From Alphaproteobacteria bacterium (lineage in GTDB: Bacteria; Pseudomonadota; Alphaproteobacteria; Azospirillales; Azospirillaceae), in contig JBKHVJ010000024.1 in assembly GCA_046570145.1 (NCBI GenBank), forward strand, positions 37,141 through 101,140: 64,000 nucleotides of DNA, read 5' to 3'. A model generated the notes under the pieces. That model had not been told where the DNA came from. It saw only the letters and a program-made list of their open reading frames with translations, and did not search any database. Position numbers and translations under genes: made by a program. Below are positions 1 to 8,710 of the stretch, piece after piece; within the stretch, counting starts at the first letter, position 1; every line of letters begins with the position of its first letter.

Positions 1-1508
1 AGCATCGCGGCAGCGCCGAGCGCCGCGGCACGACAGGCAAGGGCAACCGCCGCGATTCGGACCTGTTCGGCCCCTATGCCTCGCCGCATCTGGTCGGCAT
101 GACCATCGCCGCCCTGCAGCGCGCCTTCCTGCTGCGGACCTGCGACGACGGGGTGTTCGCCTCGCGCACCCGGCCCTGCCTTCAGCACCAGATCAAGCGC
201 TGCTCCGCCCCCTGCGTCGGTCGTGTCAGCGAGGAGGAATACGCCGATCAGGTGCAGGGCGTGCGCGACGTGCTGTCCGGCCGCAGCGCGGAGGTGCAGG
301 CGGAGTTCGCCCGCCACATGCTCGACAGTTCCGACCGGCTGGAGTACGAGGACGCCGCCCGCTGGCGCGACCGCATCCGCGCGCTGACCGCCCTGCAAAG
401 CCGCCAGGACATCAATCTGGAGGACACGCTGGGCGATGCCGACGTGCTGGCCCTGCACCGGGAGGGGGCGGCGGCCTGCGTCCAGGCCTTCTTCTTCCGC
501 GGCGGCCGCAATCAGGGCACCCGCGCCTTCTTTCCCCGCATCGACGCCGAGGAGGAGCCCGGCGACATTCTCGCCGCCTTCGCCGCCCAGCTCTATGCCG
601 ACACCCCGCCGCCGGCCCTGCTGCTTCTGAGCGATCCGGTCGAGTCCCCGGAGTTGCTGGAAGAGGCGCTCAGCCTGTCGGCCGGCCACCGCGTCGCCAT
701 CGAATGTCCCAAGCGCGGGCCGAAGCGCCGCGCGGTCGAGCACGCGCAGACCAATGCCCGCGACGCTCTCGGCCGGCGGCTGGCCGAGCGGTCCACCCAG
801 GCAACGCTGCTGGAGGGGGTGGCACGGGTCTTCGGCCTGCCCGCCGCCCCGCGCCGCATCGAGATCTACGACACTTCGCACATCCAGGGCTCCTTCCCGG
901 TCGGCGCCATGGTGGTGGCCGGGCCGGAGGGGTTCCAGCGCAACGCCTTCCGCCGCTTCCACATCCGCGATCCGGAGGCCGCCGGCGACGATTACGCCAT
1001 GCTGCGCGAGACCTTCACCCGCCGCTTCCACCGCAGCAGCGATGCCGGCCGCGATTCCGGACAATGGCCCGACCTCGTCCTGATCGACGGCGGATTGGGG
1101 CAGTTGAACGCGGTGAAGGACGAGCTGGCGATGCTGCGGATCACCGACATCCCGCTGGTCGCCATCGCCAAAGGACCGGACCGCAATGCCGGGCGCGAGC
1201 GCTTCTTCCGCCCCGGCCAGCCGCCGCTGACCCTGGCGGCCAACGACCCGGTGCTGCATTTCCTGCAAAGACTGCGCGACGAGGCCCACCGGACCGCCAT
1301 CGACAGCCACCGCGCCCGCCGCATGAAGGCGATGTCGCACAGCCGGATCGACGGCATCCCCGGCATCGGCCCGACCCGCAAGAAGGCGCTGCTCCACCAT
1401 TTCGGCAGCGCCACCGCCGTGGCCTCCGCCGGATTGAAGGATCTGGAAGCCGCCCCGGGCATCAGCGCCGCCATGGCGCGAAAGCTCTACGAACATTTCC
1501 ACGGATAG
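1..1508 (+). CDS. uvrC: Excinuclease ABC subunit C (UvrC), 5'-truncated by the window edge
   Basis: The frame of ORF 99..1508 stays open back to the window start and ends at TAG 1506-1508. UvrC-like text is present: a Cys cluster 'IKRCSAPCVG', the UVR domain 'YEDAARWRDRIRALTALQ', the endonuclease core 'IEIYDTSHIQG' and a C-terminal helix-hairpin-helix 'GIPGIGPTRKKALLHHFGS'. Confidence 0.93.
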   Translation, partial: HRGSAERRGTTGKGNRRDSDLFGPYASPHLVGMTIAALQRAFLLRTCDDGVFASRTRPCLQHQIKRCSAPCVGRVSEEEYADQVQGVRDVLSGRSAEVQAEFARHMLDSSDRLEYEDAARWRDRIRALTALQSRQDINLEDTLGDADVLALHREGAAACVQAFFFRGGRNQGTRAFFPRIDAEEEPGDILAAFAAQLYADTPPPALLLLSDPVESPELLEEALSLSAGHRVAIECPKRGPKRRAVEHAQTNARDALGRRLAERSTQATLLEGVARVFGLPAAPRRIEIYDTSHIQGSFPVGAMVVAGPEGFQRNAFRRFHIRDPEAAGDDYAMLRETFTRRFHRSSDAGRDSGQWPDLVLIDGGLGQLNAVKDELAMLRITDIPLVAIAKGPDRNAGRERFFRPGQPPLTLAANDPVLHFLQRLRDEAHRTAIDSHRARRMKAMSHSRIDGIPGIGPTRKKALLHHFGSATAVASAGLKDLEAAPGISAAMARKLYEHFHG

Positions 1509-1577
1509 GCACCCACGCCAACACCGCATCTGGTTTTACGCGCGTCAAGTCCGGCAGCCGCGCACCCTAGCGTGGCC

Positions 1578-1672
1578 TTTGATTTCAAAAATATTACATT
1601 GCAGCGCTAGGATATCGGGAAAGCATCAACTCATCCTTTTATAAATATTAAATGATGCTGTGCTTGGATAAT
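1578..1672 (+). promoter_or_regulatory. AT-rich island upstream of the chemoreceptor gene (probable promoter region, elements not resolved)
   Basis: The stretch 'gatttcaaaaatattacattgcag...ccttttataaatattaaatgatgctgtgcttggataatc' is conspicuously AT-rich against a GC-rich background and lies 90-180 nt upstream of the ATG at 1763. It contains TAAA and GATAA words, but their spacing does not fit the sigma-28 consensus. Confidence 0.3.
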
Positions 1673-1762
1673 CTTCCGGCGAGCACCCGGAGGACCGTGC
1701 GCGCCTGCGTCCACCTTTTCCCGTCTCCATTCCCTGCCCAGATCGCATTCGAGGTGAAGGAC

Positions 1763-3454
1763 ATGCTGGCCGACTGGCAAATCCAAACGAAGACGGCGGC
1801 CGCCGCCGCGGTGGTCGGGCTCTTTTCCGTCGTGACCGCCGCCGCCGGATTCTACGCGCTCGACCGCACGGAGCGGGCCATCGACGATCTGGTCCGCACC
1901 CAGAAGGAACAGCTCAGCGCCTTCGACATGCGCATCGACATCGTCGCGTTGAGCCGGATGGAATATGAGCTGGGCAACGATCCGGCCCAGGCCGGCAGCT
2001 TCACGGCGCAGGCGGACAAACGCATCGGCGAGATGAAGGAGCGGCTGGCTGCCATGAGCTCGCCTGCCGACCGCGACAGGACGGCGAAGGTGGATGCGAT
2101 CCGCTCCGGCTTCGGGGCCTACGAGACGAAGGTCCGCTCGATGCTCGACACCGCCAAGGCGGCGGCCGCCAAGGGTGGCGACGAGGGGCGGCAGATGGTG
2201 ATCGGCGGACTGAAGGCCAGCCGGGACGGCCAGATGGCGCTGACCGATGCGGTGAAGGCCTACAACAGCGACGTATCGAAGCGCACCGACGCCGCGGTGC
2301 AGGAGGCGACGAACCTGGCGGAGACGATGAAGATCACGCTGGCGGTCGCCGCGGCGCTGGCGCTCGGCGCCGGGCTTCTGGTCTCCATCCTGATCTCCCG
2401 CGCCGGGCTGGTGCTGCCGCTCCGCGCCCTGATGCAGGAAGTCCGGCGGATGACCGGCGGCGCGCTCGACAAGTCGGTCGAGGGAATCGGCCGCAAGGAC
2501 GAGATCGGCGAACTGGCCCGCTCGGTCGAAGGCTTCCGTCAGGAACTGGTCAAGGGCCGCGAGGTCCAGGCCGAGGTCGACAGCCAGCGCGAACAGGCGC
2601 TTGCCCTGGCCAACCGGCGCGAAGGGCTGCTTCGCGCCTTCGACAGCGCCATTTCCGGCATTCTGCGCGGTGTCGCCGCCGCCGCCACGGAGCTGGAGAG
2701 CACCGCCCGCGGCATGAGCGGCATCTCGCAGAAATCGATGCAGCAGGCCACCAGTTCCGCCGCTGCGTCCGAGCAGACCTCTTCCAACGTCCAGGCGGTG
2801 GCCGCCGCGACGGAGGAGATGAACGCCTCCATCGCCGAAATCGCCCGTCAGGTGAACCAGAGCACCGACGTGGCCGGCGCCGCCATGCGGGAGGCCGAGC
2901 AGACCGATGCCGTGGTCGGCGATCTCGCCCAGACCGCCCAGCGCATCGGCGAGGTGGTGTCGCTGATCAGCGATATCGCCGCCCAGACCAACCTGCTGGC
3001 CCTGAATGCCACCATAGAGGCGGCGCGGGCGGGAGAGGCCGGCAAGGGCTTCGCCGTCGTCGCCAGCGAGGTGAAGAGCCTCGCCAGCCAGACCGCCCGC
3101 GCCACCGACGAGATCGCCAGCCAAATCCAGGCGATGCAGACGGTGACCGATACGGCGGTGAAGGCGATCCGGGGCATCGGCGTCACCATCGCCCGCATGA
3201 ACGAAATCGCCACCGCCATTTCCGGCGCCATCACCGAACAGAATGCGACGACGGAGGAAATCAGCCGCGCCATTCAGCAGGCGTCCCATGCCACCGCCAG
3301 CGTGTCGGCCAGCCTGTCGGAACTGACGGAGGTTGCCGCCCAGACGGAAACCGCCGGCGGTCAGGTTCTGTCCGCCGCCCGCGAGCTGTCGCAGCAGTCG
3401 GAGGCGATGCACCGCGAGGTGGAAGGCTTCCTGTCGCAGATCCGCGTCGGCTGA
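1763..3454 (+). CDS. Methyl-accepting chemotaxis protein (two TM segments, periplasmic helical sensor, HAMP, MCP signalling domain)
   Basis: I chose the ATG at 1763, preceded by 'aggtgaagga', rather than the ORF-track start at 1652. There is an N-terminal TM '[22 protein letters not shown]' and a second TM '[21 protein letters not shown]' followed by a HAMP domain. The highly conserved hairpin '[36 protein letters not shown]' is present. Confidence 0.92.
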   Translation: MLADWQIQTKTAAAAAVVGLFSVVTAAAGFYALDRTERAIDDLVRTQKEQLSAFDMRIDIVALSRMEYELGNDPAQAGSFTAQADKRIGEMKERLAAMSSPADRDRTAKVDAIRSGFGAYETKVRSMLDTAKAAAAKGGDEGRQMVIGGLKASRDGQMALTDAVKAYNSDVSKRTDAAVQEATNLAETMKITLAVAAALALGAGLLVSILISRAGLVLPLRALMQEVRRMTGGALDKSVEGIGRKDEIGELARSVEGFRQELVKGREVQAEVDSQREQALALANRREGLLRAFDSAISGILRGVAAAATELESTARGMSGISQKSMQQATSSAAASEQTSSNVQAVAAATEEMNASIAEIARQVNQSTDVAGAAMREAEQTDAVVGDLAQTAQRIGEVVSLISDIAAQTNLLALNATIEAARAGEAGKGFAVVASEVKSLASQTARATDEIASQIQAMQTVTDTAVKAIRGIGVTIARMNEIATAISGAITEQNATTEEISRAIQQASHATASVSASLSELTEVAAQTETAGGQVLSAARELSQQSEAMHREVEGFLSQIRVG

Positions 3455-3491
3455 CAGAACCTGACCGCCGGCGGGAGGAAGTCGGCGCCCG

Positions 3492-4805
3492 TTACGGCAC
3501 CGTCTTCCCCGTGAAGGGATTCCAGCCCAGCGCCGCCAGCGCCGCCCAGGCGGTAGCCCCCAGGTGAGGGCGGCGATAATAGAGGAAGTCGTCGGTCTTG
3601 CTGTCCGGCCCGATGGCGAGACCGGTCGACAGCACTTGCGGACGGGTGGCGTAGAGATAGCCGCCGGGGGTGATTTCCTTCAGCAATTCGCCGAACAGCC
3701 GGTCGGCTTCGCCGCGGCGGCCGACGACGCGATAGGCGAGTGCGGCCTGCGCCGTTCCCTCCACCCACATTCCGTCGCGGTCGTCGTTGAAATCGAAGCC
3801 TCCGTCGGCGCCATGCGCGCGCTCCGCATAGGCGAGCGCGGCCCGCCACGCTTCCGGCGCCTTCGGCAGCATCAGCGGCCAGAGCTGGGCGTCGAGACCC
3901 GAGGTCGAGGTGCTGACCGTCACCCCGTCCGGCCCGGTGCCGATGGGGAAATGGTCGCCGCCAGCCGTCCACAGCGCGTCGAGAAAGGCACGCGCCTCGC
4001 GTTCCGGTCCGGTGAAATCGTCACCCGACCCCCTCGCCAGCCAGCCGAACAGCGCAACCAGATCGGTGTTGTGCTCCGTCGATTTCCAGGTCAGCGGCTG
4101 CGGCGCGTCGTCGAATCCCTGCAGACCGCCGTTGAAGCCGCCGGGACCGCGCGGATCGCGGGTATGCTCGACGACCCAACGCGCCAGTTCGGCCGCACCG
4201 TCGCGGAACCGGGCTTCGCCGGTCGACTCCGCCAGGGTCAGCAGAGCCAGCCCGGCCCAGGCGACATTGCCGGTGGCGGTGCCGACCTGATAGGGGTCCT
4301 CCCCCCAATGGTTGCCGACGGCATCCCACCAGCCGTTGGGCGGAATCGGCCGCTGCTTCTGCGCGCCGGCCCGGTAGGTGTTGCGCAGCCGTCCCTTCCA
4401 GCCGGCCCGGTCGAGCGACATGGCGTCCAGCAGCGCCTCGCCGATGCGCAAGGCCCGGTCCTGCCGGCCACAGGCGGTCAGCGCCATGATCGCCAGCGCG
4501 TTGTCGTAGGTGAAGGCGGCGTTGGACAGCGCCGGCTCCGAGGTGGGGCCGGGGGCATAGGAATTGTCGTAGCTGCGCAGGAACAGCGGCCCGCGCCCCG
4601 CCACCTCATCCACGCGGGACGTCAGCGCGGCACAGGTCTTCTGAGCCAAATCCCTTGCCGGGGCGGCTGGAGCGGCGGAAGCCGGAGCGCTCATCACGGC
4701 GGAAATCCCGAAGACGGCCGCTGCCAGCGCGACGCCGCGAAACCATCCGGCCCGCTGCCCGGCCCGCTGCGGGAGCACTCCCTTGACGCAGATTCGCTTT
4801 GACAT
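3492..4805 (-). CDS. Secreted uncharacterised protein, possibly a six-hairpin (alpha/alpha-toroid) glycosidase-like fold
   Basis: The ORF is 3492..4865; the internal ATG at 4805 (MSKRICV...) gives a signal-peptide-like N-terminus 'VALAAAVFGISAVMSAPASA'. Its Trp/Gly-rich helical repeat text ('TYDNALAIMALTACG', 'GNVAWAGLALLTLAE') resembles six-hairpin glycosidase-like proteins. The function is not established. Confidence 0.7.
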   Translation of the reverse strand: MSKRICVKGVLPQRAGQRAGWFRGVALAAAVFGISAVMSAPASAAPAAPARDLAQKTCAALTSRVDEVAGRGPLFLRSYDNSYAPGPTSEPALSNAAFTYDNALAIMALTACGRQDRALRIGEALLDAMSLDRAGWKGRLRNTYRAGAQKQRPIPPNGWWDAVGNHWGEDPYQVGTATGNVAWAGLALLTLAESTGEARFRDGAAELARWVVEHTRDPRGPGGFNGGLQGFDDAPQPLTWKSTEHNTDLVALFGWLARGSGDDFTGPEREARAFLDALWTAGGDHFPIGTGPDGVTVSTSTSGLDAQLWPLMLPKAPEAWRAALAYAERAHGADGGFDFNDDRDGMWVEGTAQAALAYRVVGRRGEADRLFGELLKEITPGGYLYATRPQVLSTGLAIGPDSKTDDFLYYRRPHLGATAWAALAALGWNPFTGKTVP

Positions 4806-4889
4806 CGACACCGCCGGCCAGTTCCAGAAAGGTCCAGATATGGCCCTTTTACCGGCCGGCGGCAACCGAACGCGAGTGGGAGCGCCCCC

Positions 4890-5360
4890 TTACAGCGGCG
4901 CCAACCCCGCCATGATGTGCTGCTTGCGGTCGGCGTAGACGCTGCCCAACTCGGCGGCGCGGGAGTCGTCCAGGACGTCCTTGGCCTCCTCGAACAGCTC
5001 CTCCTCCTCTTCGTCGAGGTGATGGCGGACCAGTTCGCCCAGCACCTGGAGCTTTTCCTTCCAGCCGCTGTCGCTGGTCTTCATCGCGTTCAACTCGTCC
5101 AGCAGGCCGTTGATCAGGTGATGTTCGTTTAGCCCCTCGATGGTTTCCGACTTCGCCTCCTTGGCCTTCTTCAGCGAGGCGTAGAACACGCCCTCCTCGA
5201 CCTTGGAGTGAGCCCACAGCTCGCGCTGCAATTCCTCGAACACGGCGCGGCCACTGCCGTTGGCCTTCTCGGCCTGATCGAGAAGGCTGCGGATGGTGTC
5301 GTGATCGGTCTTGATGCGGGCAAAGATGTCGGCCTGGGTACCGGTGGTCTTGCTGGCCAT
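4890..5360 (-). CDS. Hemerythrin (HHE cation-binding) domain protein
   Basis: The ATG at 5360 is preceded by AAGGA. The His/Glu pattern fits a hemerythrin-like four-helix bundle: 'IKTDHDTIRSLL', 'ELWAHSKVEEGVFY', 'LNEHHLINGLLDEL' and 'LVRHHLDEEEEELF'. Confidence 0.85.
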   Translation of the reverse strand: MASKTTGTQADIFARIKTDHDTIRSLLDQAEKANGSGRAVFEELQRELWAHSKVEEGVFYASLKKAKEAKSETIEGLNEHHLINGLLDELNAMKTSDSGWKEKLQVLGELVRHHLDEEEEELFEEAKDVLDDSRAAELGSVYADRKQHIMAGLAPL

Positions 5361-5473
5361 CGTCGGGGTCCTTGGCAATTGTCAGGGAGCGATCATTGAA
5401 GAGCAATCGCGAAAAAGCTTGCCGATAGAACCCCGCCGCGGCCCGACTGTTCCCGGCGACCGGTGCGGCCCTG

Positions 5474-5734
5474 TCAGTCCTGCGGATGCGTTTCCACGAA
5501 TTCCCGCAGCGTGCGCATCAGGTCCACCGCATGGGCGGCCTGCCCGTGGGCACAGGCCTCTGCGATGTCGTCGGCGATGATGTGGGCGATGCGATCGGTT
5601 CCGCCGGGGCAATGGGCAAGGCAATGGCCCAGTTCCACCGCCAGCATTTCCGGAAGATGCTCGTGTTCGGCGATCGCGTCGATCTCGGCTTCGGTGAGAT
5701 CGCTCAGCGCGATGCAGTCCTTGATCGTCAACAT
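5474..5734 (-). CDS. Small Cys/His-rich hypothetical protein (86 aa)
   Basis: The ATG at 5734 has a strong SD (GGGAGGAA, 6-7 nt upstream), and codons end mostly in G/C. The text 'AEHEHLPEMLAVELGHCLAHCPGG...AEACAHGQAAH' suggests possible metal or redox ligands. I do not recognise a family. Confidence 0.6.
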   Translation of the reverse strand: MLTIKDCIALSDLTEAEIDAIAEHEHLPEMLAVELGHCLAHCPGGTDRIAHIIADDIAEACAHGQAAHAVDLMRTLREFVETHPQD

Positions 5735-5827
5735 GGCGCGTTCCTCCCAGGAACGGCCGGGCCTCCCTGCGGGCAGGGGCGGATCGGTTCGGCTGGAACG
5801 CCCGCCTTGAAACGGCCATCGCCGCAG

Positions 5828-5860
5828 GGCATCCCCACCCTGTTGGGCAGCGGGGATGCC
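5828..5860 (-). terminator. Stem-loop downstream of the usp gene (9-bp perfect stem, 15-nt loop)
   Basis: GGCATCCCC (5828-5836) pairs with GGGGATGCC (5852-5860), about 24 nt beyond the usp stop at 5884. No U-tract follows. Confidence 0.45.
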
Positions 5861-5883
5861 GCGCGGCCGAAGACCGGCAAAGA

Positions 5884-6750
5884 TCAGTGAGCCATCAGAA
5901 CCGGCAACCCGGCGTGGTTCAGCACGTAGCGCGTGACACCGCCCAGGATCATTTCCCGCATCCGGCTGTGGCCATAGCCGCCCATAACAAGCAGGTCGGC
6001 GCCCAGCTCAACGGCTTTCTTGGTGACCGTCTCCCCAACGGGTTCCGATCCCGGATGCAATATAGTTAACTCAGGGTTAACACCTTGCCAAGCGAGATAA
6101 TCGGTTATGCGGCGTCCTGTCGCAGCTTCCGTCACCGAGGTTTCGGCGGTCAGCACGATCGCGCGCTCGGCGCTGCGCAGGAAGGGCAGAGCCGCGGCGA
6201 CGGCGCGGGTCGCCTCCACCTTGCCGTTCCAGGCGACGGCGACGGTGCGGCCGATCTCCGCCGGCAGGTCCTTCGGCACCAGCAGCACCGGCCGGGCAGA
6301 GCCCAGCAGCGCCGTTTCCATGGTGGTGTAGCCCTGGGTGTCGGCCTCGATTGAGGTGTGGGCGCAGACGATCAGGTCGGACAGGCGGCCTTCGGCCGGC
6401 ACCACGTCCTCCACCCGCCCGACGACCTCGCGCCATGCGGCCGACGGCGTCTCGATCCCGCCGGGGACGTCGCGCAGCTCGATCCCGGCTTCGGCGATCA
6501 CCGTGTCGAAATGCCGGCGGGCGGCGGCGCGGTGGTTGTTCGACTCCGTCTCCGCCGCGCGCATGATCTCGTCCACCATGGCGCCGGACATGCCCTCGCC
6601 CAGCATCGGCACGGCATCGCGCGGGTCGAGGCGGACGAACAGGGCGACGAGATGAGCGTCGAAATCCTTCGCAACCGCGACCGCGCCTTTCAGGGCCACC
6701 GGATCGTTGTCACTGCCGCACAGCGGCACAAGGATGGTCTTGTAGGTCAT
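5884..6750 (-). CDS. Universal stress protein, tandem UspA domains
   Basis: The ATG at 6750 (MTYKTILVP) is preceded by GGGAGGAG. There are two Usp modules: 'ILVPLCGSDND...LLGSARPVLLVP' and 'VAVAWNGKVEA...ADLLVMGGYGHSRMREMILGGVTRYVLNHAGLPVLMAH'. The second carries the ATP-binding-type G-x2-G-x9-G-S/T motif. Confidence 0.9.
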   Translation of the reverse strand: MTYKTILVPLCGSDNDPVALKGAVAVAKDFDAHLVALFVRLDPRDAVPMLGEGMSGAMVDEIMRAAETESNNHRAAARRHFDTVIAEAGIELRDVPGGIETPSAAWREVVGRVEDVVPAEGRLSDLIVCAHTSIEADTQGYTTMETALLGSARPVLLVPKDLPAEIGRTVAVAWNGKVEATRAVAAALPFLRSAERAIVLTAETSVTEAATGRRITDYLAWQGVNPELTILHPGSEPVGETVTKKAVELGADLLVMGGYGHSRMREMILGGVTRYVLNHAGLPVLMAH

Positions 6751-6933
6751 GGACTCCTCCCGGACCAATTCGAGCGGCCCTTCCCGGACGGCGCCGTCCG
6801 CCCGCCGGTGCGGCGGGGCATTCACCGTGCCGTCGTTCGCCCCATCATAACCGCATGGTCGTAACGGTCCACGGCCCGGGGCGGAGCCGTCGACCTTCAG
6901 CGTTCGGCTCTCAACATGTTGTCCGTCCTGGAA

Positions 6934-8535
6934 TTAGGCCAAGCTTGCACGGGCCTCGTCCAGCACATCCGCTGCAACCCTGCCAGCATCCAGGCGCGTC
7001 CAATCGATTGTACCCAAATCATAGCTTTCCTGCCGCTCCACCACGTCGGCAGTGGCGTCGGACGCGTCGTTGCGACGATTGGCCACACGTTCCACCCGCG
7101 CGGTCAGCAGAGCGTCCAGCCAAATCCCGTCGAATCGCACGTCGGCATCGGCGGCCAGCGCGGCGAGGCGGCGGCGCTCCTCCGGCCGGGCGCTGACCGC
7201 GTCGACCACCACCGCCTGGCCGGCTGCCAGCACGGCGGCGGCCCGCCGGTACAATTCGGCATAGACCCGCTCCGTCATGGGCAGGGCATAGCCGTCCTCC
7301 GGCAGCCGGTCGGTGTCGGCCACGCCGCACAGCCGCTTGCGCAGGACGTCCGTGCGCAGGACCACCGCACCGGGCGCCGGTCCCAGACCGGGGGCGAGCC
7401 CTTCGGCAAGGCGCGTCTTGCCGGTGCCGGACAGGCCGCCGACCGCGACCAGCCGCGCTGGTGACGGGTCGAGCGCCGTCAGCGCATGGTCCAGATACCG
7501 CCGTGCCTCCTCCGCCAGACCGGAAGCGCCTCCACCCAAGCGCAGCGCGGCAGCCAGCACCTTGGCCCGCACCGCGGCGCGGAGCGACAGAAACAGCGGC
7601 AGCGCCGCCAGCCCACCGTAATCCTCCGTCTCCTCCAGGTAACGGTTCAGCACCACGGTACCGAGCGGCCGCAACCCCCGGTGGTCGAGGTCCATCAGCA
7701 GGAAGGCGAGGTCGTAGAAGACGTCGGCGACCGCCAGCGCCTCGTCGAACTCGATGGCGTCGAACAGGGTCGGCTCGCCGTCCAGCAGGACGATGTTGCG
7801 CAGATGCAGGTCGCCATGCCCGTGCCGGACGAAGCCGCTCTGCCGCCGCTCCTCCAGCAGCGGCGCCAGCCGGTCGAGCGCCGCCGCGGTGCGCTCCGCC
7901 AGCCGTGCCACCAGGGCGTCGGGGAACAGGTCGGGAGCGGCGCGCAGATCCTCCAGATTGCCGGCGGCGACCGCCCGCATCGCCTCCGCGCCGCCGCCGT
8001 CCTGCCTGGGGGCGGCCCCGCGATGGAAGGCGGCGATCCGTTCGGCCAGCCGGCGCATCAGGTCGGGGGTCAGCCGGTGGCGCTCCGCCATGCGGTCGAA
8101 CAGCGCGTCGTCGGGGAAGCGCATCATCGACACCAGCCAGTCGACGGCCTCTCCCACACCGTCGCCGGCATCCAGGAACAGCTGTCCGTCGGCGCCGCGG
8201 CGGAGTGCCACCACATCCCGATAAAGCGCCGGCGCGGTACGTCGGTTGATCGCCAGTTCCGCCAGACAGGCGGCGTGGCGCTTCTCCACCGTCGAGTAGT
8301 CCAGATAGGGATAGCGCACGGCGCGCTTCAGCTTCAGCGCGCGGTCGCCGGCCAGGAAGACCAGGGCGGCATGGGTGTCGATCCGCGCCACCGCCTGCCC
8401 GCCATGGGTACGCGGATCGCCCAGGAAGGCGATGGCCTCCTGCTGCTGGCCCTCCTGCTGGCCCTCCTGCTGGCCCTCCTGCTGGCTGGGGCCCTGCGGC
8501 GGGTCCGGTCGCCGATCGACGGGATGCGCGGTCAT
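6934..8535 (-). CDS. Bifunctional aminoglycoside-phosphotransferase-like kinase / P-loop ATPase protein
   Basis: The N-terminal half is APH/protein-kinase-like, with the catalytic loop 'HGHGDLHLRNIVLLDG' and 'LFDAIEFDE'. The C-terminal part has a P-loop 'VGGLSGTGKTRLAE'. The start is uncertain: the ORF opens with TTG at 8601, and I chose the ATG at 8535 (MTAHPVD), neither having a clear SD. Confidence 0.8.
   Translation of the reverse strand: MTAHPVDRRPDPPQGPSQQEGQQEGQQEGQQQEAIAFLGDPRTHGGQAVARIDTHAALVFLAGDRALKLKRAVRYPYLDYSTVEKRHAACLAELAINRRTAPALYRDVVALRRGADGQLFLDAGDGVGEAVDWLVSMMRFPDDALFDRMAERHRLTPDLMRRLAERIAAFHRGAAPRQDGGGAEAMRAVAAGNLEDLRAAPDLFPDALVARLAERTAAALDRLAPLLEERRQSGFVRHGHGDLHLRNIVLLDGEPTLFDAIEFDEALAVADVFYDLAFLLMDLDHRGLRPLGTVVLNRYLEETEDYGGLAALPLFLSLRAAVRAKVLAAALRLGGGASGLAEEARRYLDHALTALDPSPARLVAVGGLSGTGKTRLAEGLAPGLGPAPGAVVLRTDVLRKRLCGVADTDRLPEDGYALPMTERVYAELYRRAAAVLAAGQAVVVDAVSARPEERRRLAALAADADVRFDGIWLDALLTARVERVANRRNDASDATADVVERQESYDLGTIDWTRLDAGRVAADVLDEARASLA
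8436..8486 (-). repeat. In-frame tandem repeat (one 15-mer plus three 12-mers, CCTCCTGCTGGC) encoding (QQEG)n
   Basis: The plus strand reads CCTCCTGCTGCTGGC CCTCCTGCTGGC CCTCCTGCTGGC CCTCCTGCTGGC. On the coding strand this translates to 'QQEGQQEGQQEGQQQE' near the N-terminus of the kinase-like protein. Confidence 0.9.
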
Positions 8536-8710
8536 GACGCGATGGTAACAGAGCAGGGTCCCGCCCCGCTCCTGCTTTCGTGGTTGAAACACCGATGCCA
8601 ATCACGACATCCTAGGGGTAGCGCCGATACACCATGGGACGATGGCCACGCCCCTTCGTTATAGTGGCCGAGAACGCCTGCCAGAGCCGACGCGTCACCG
8701 GAGGGTGCCC

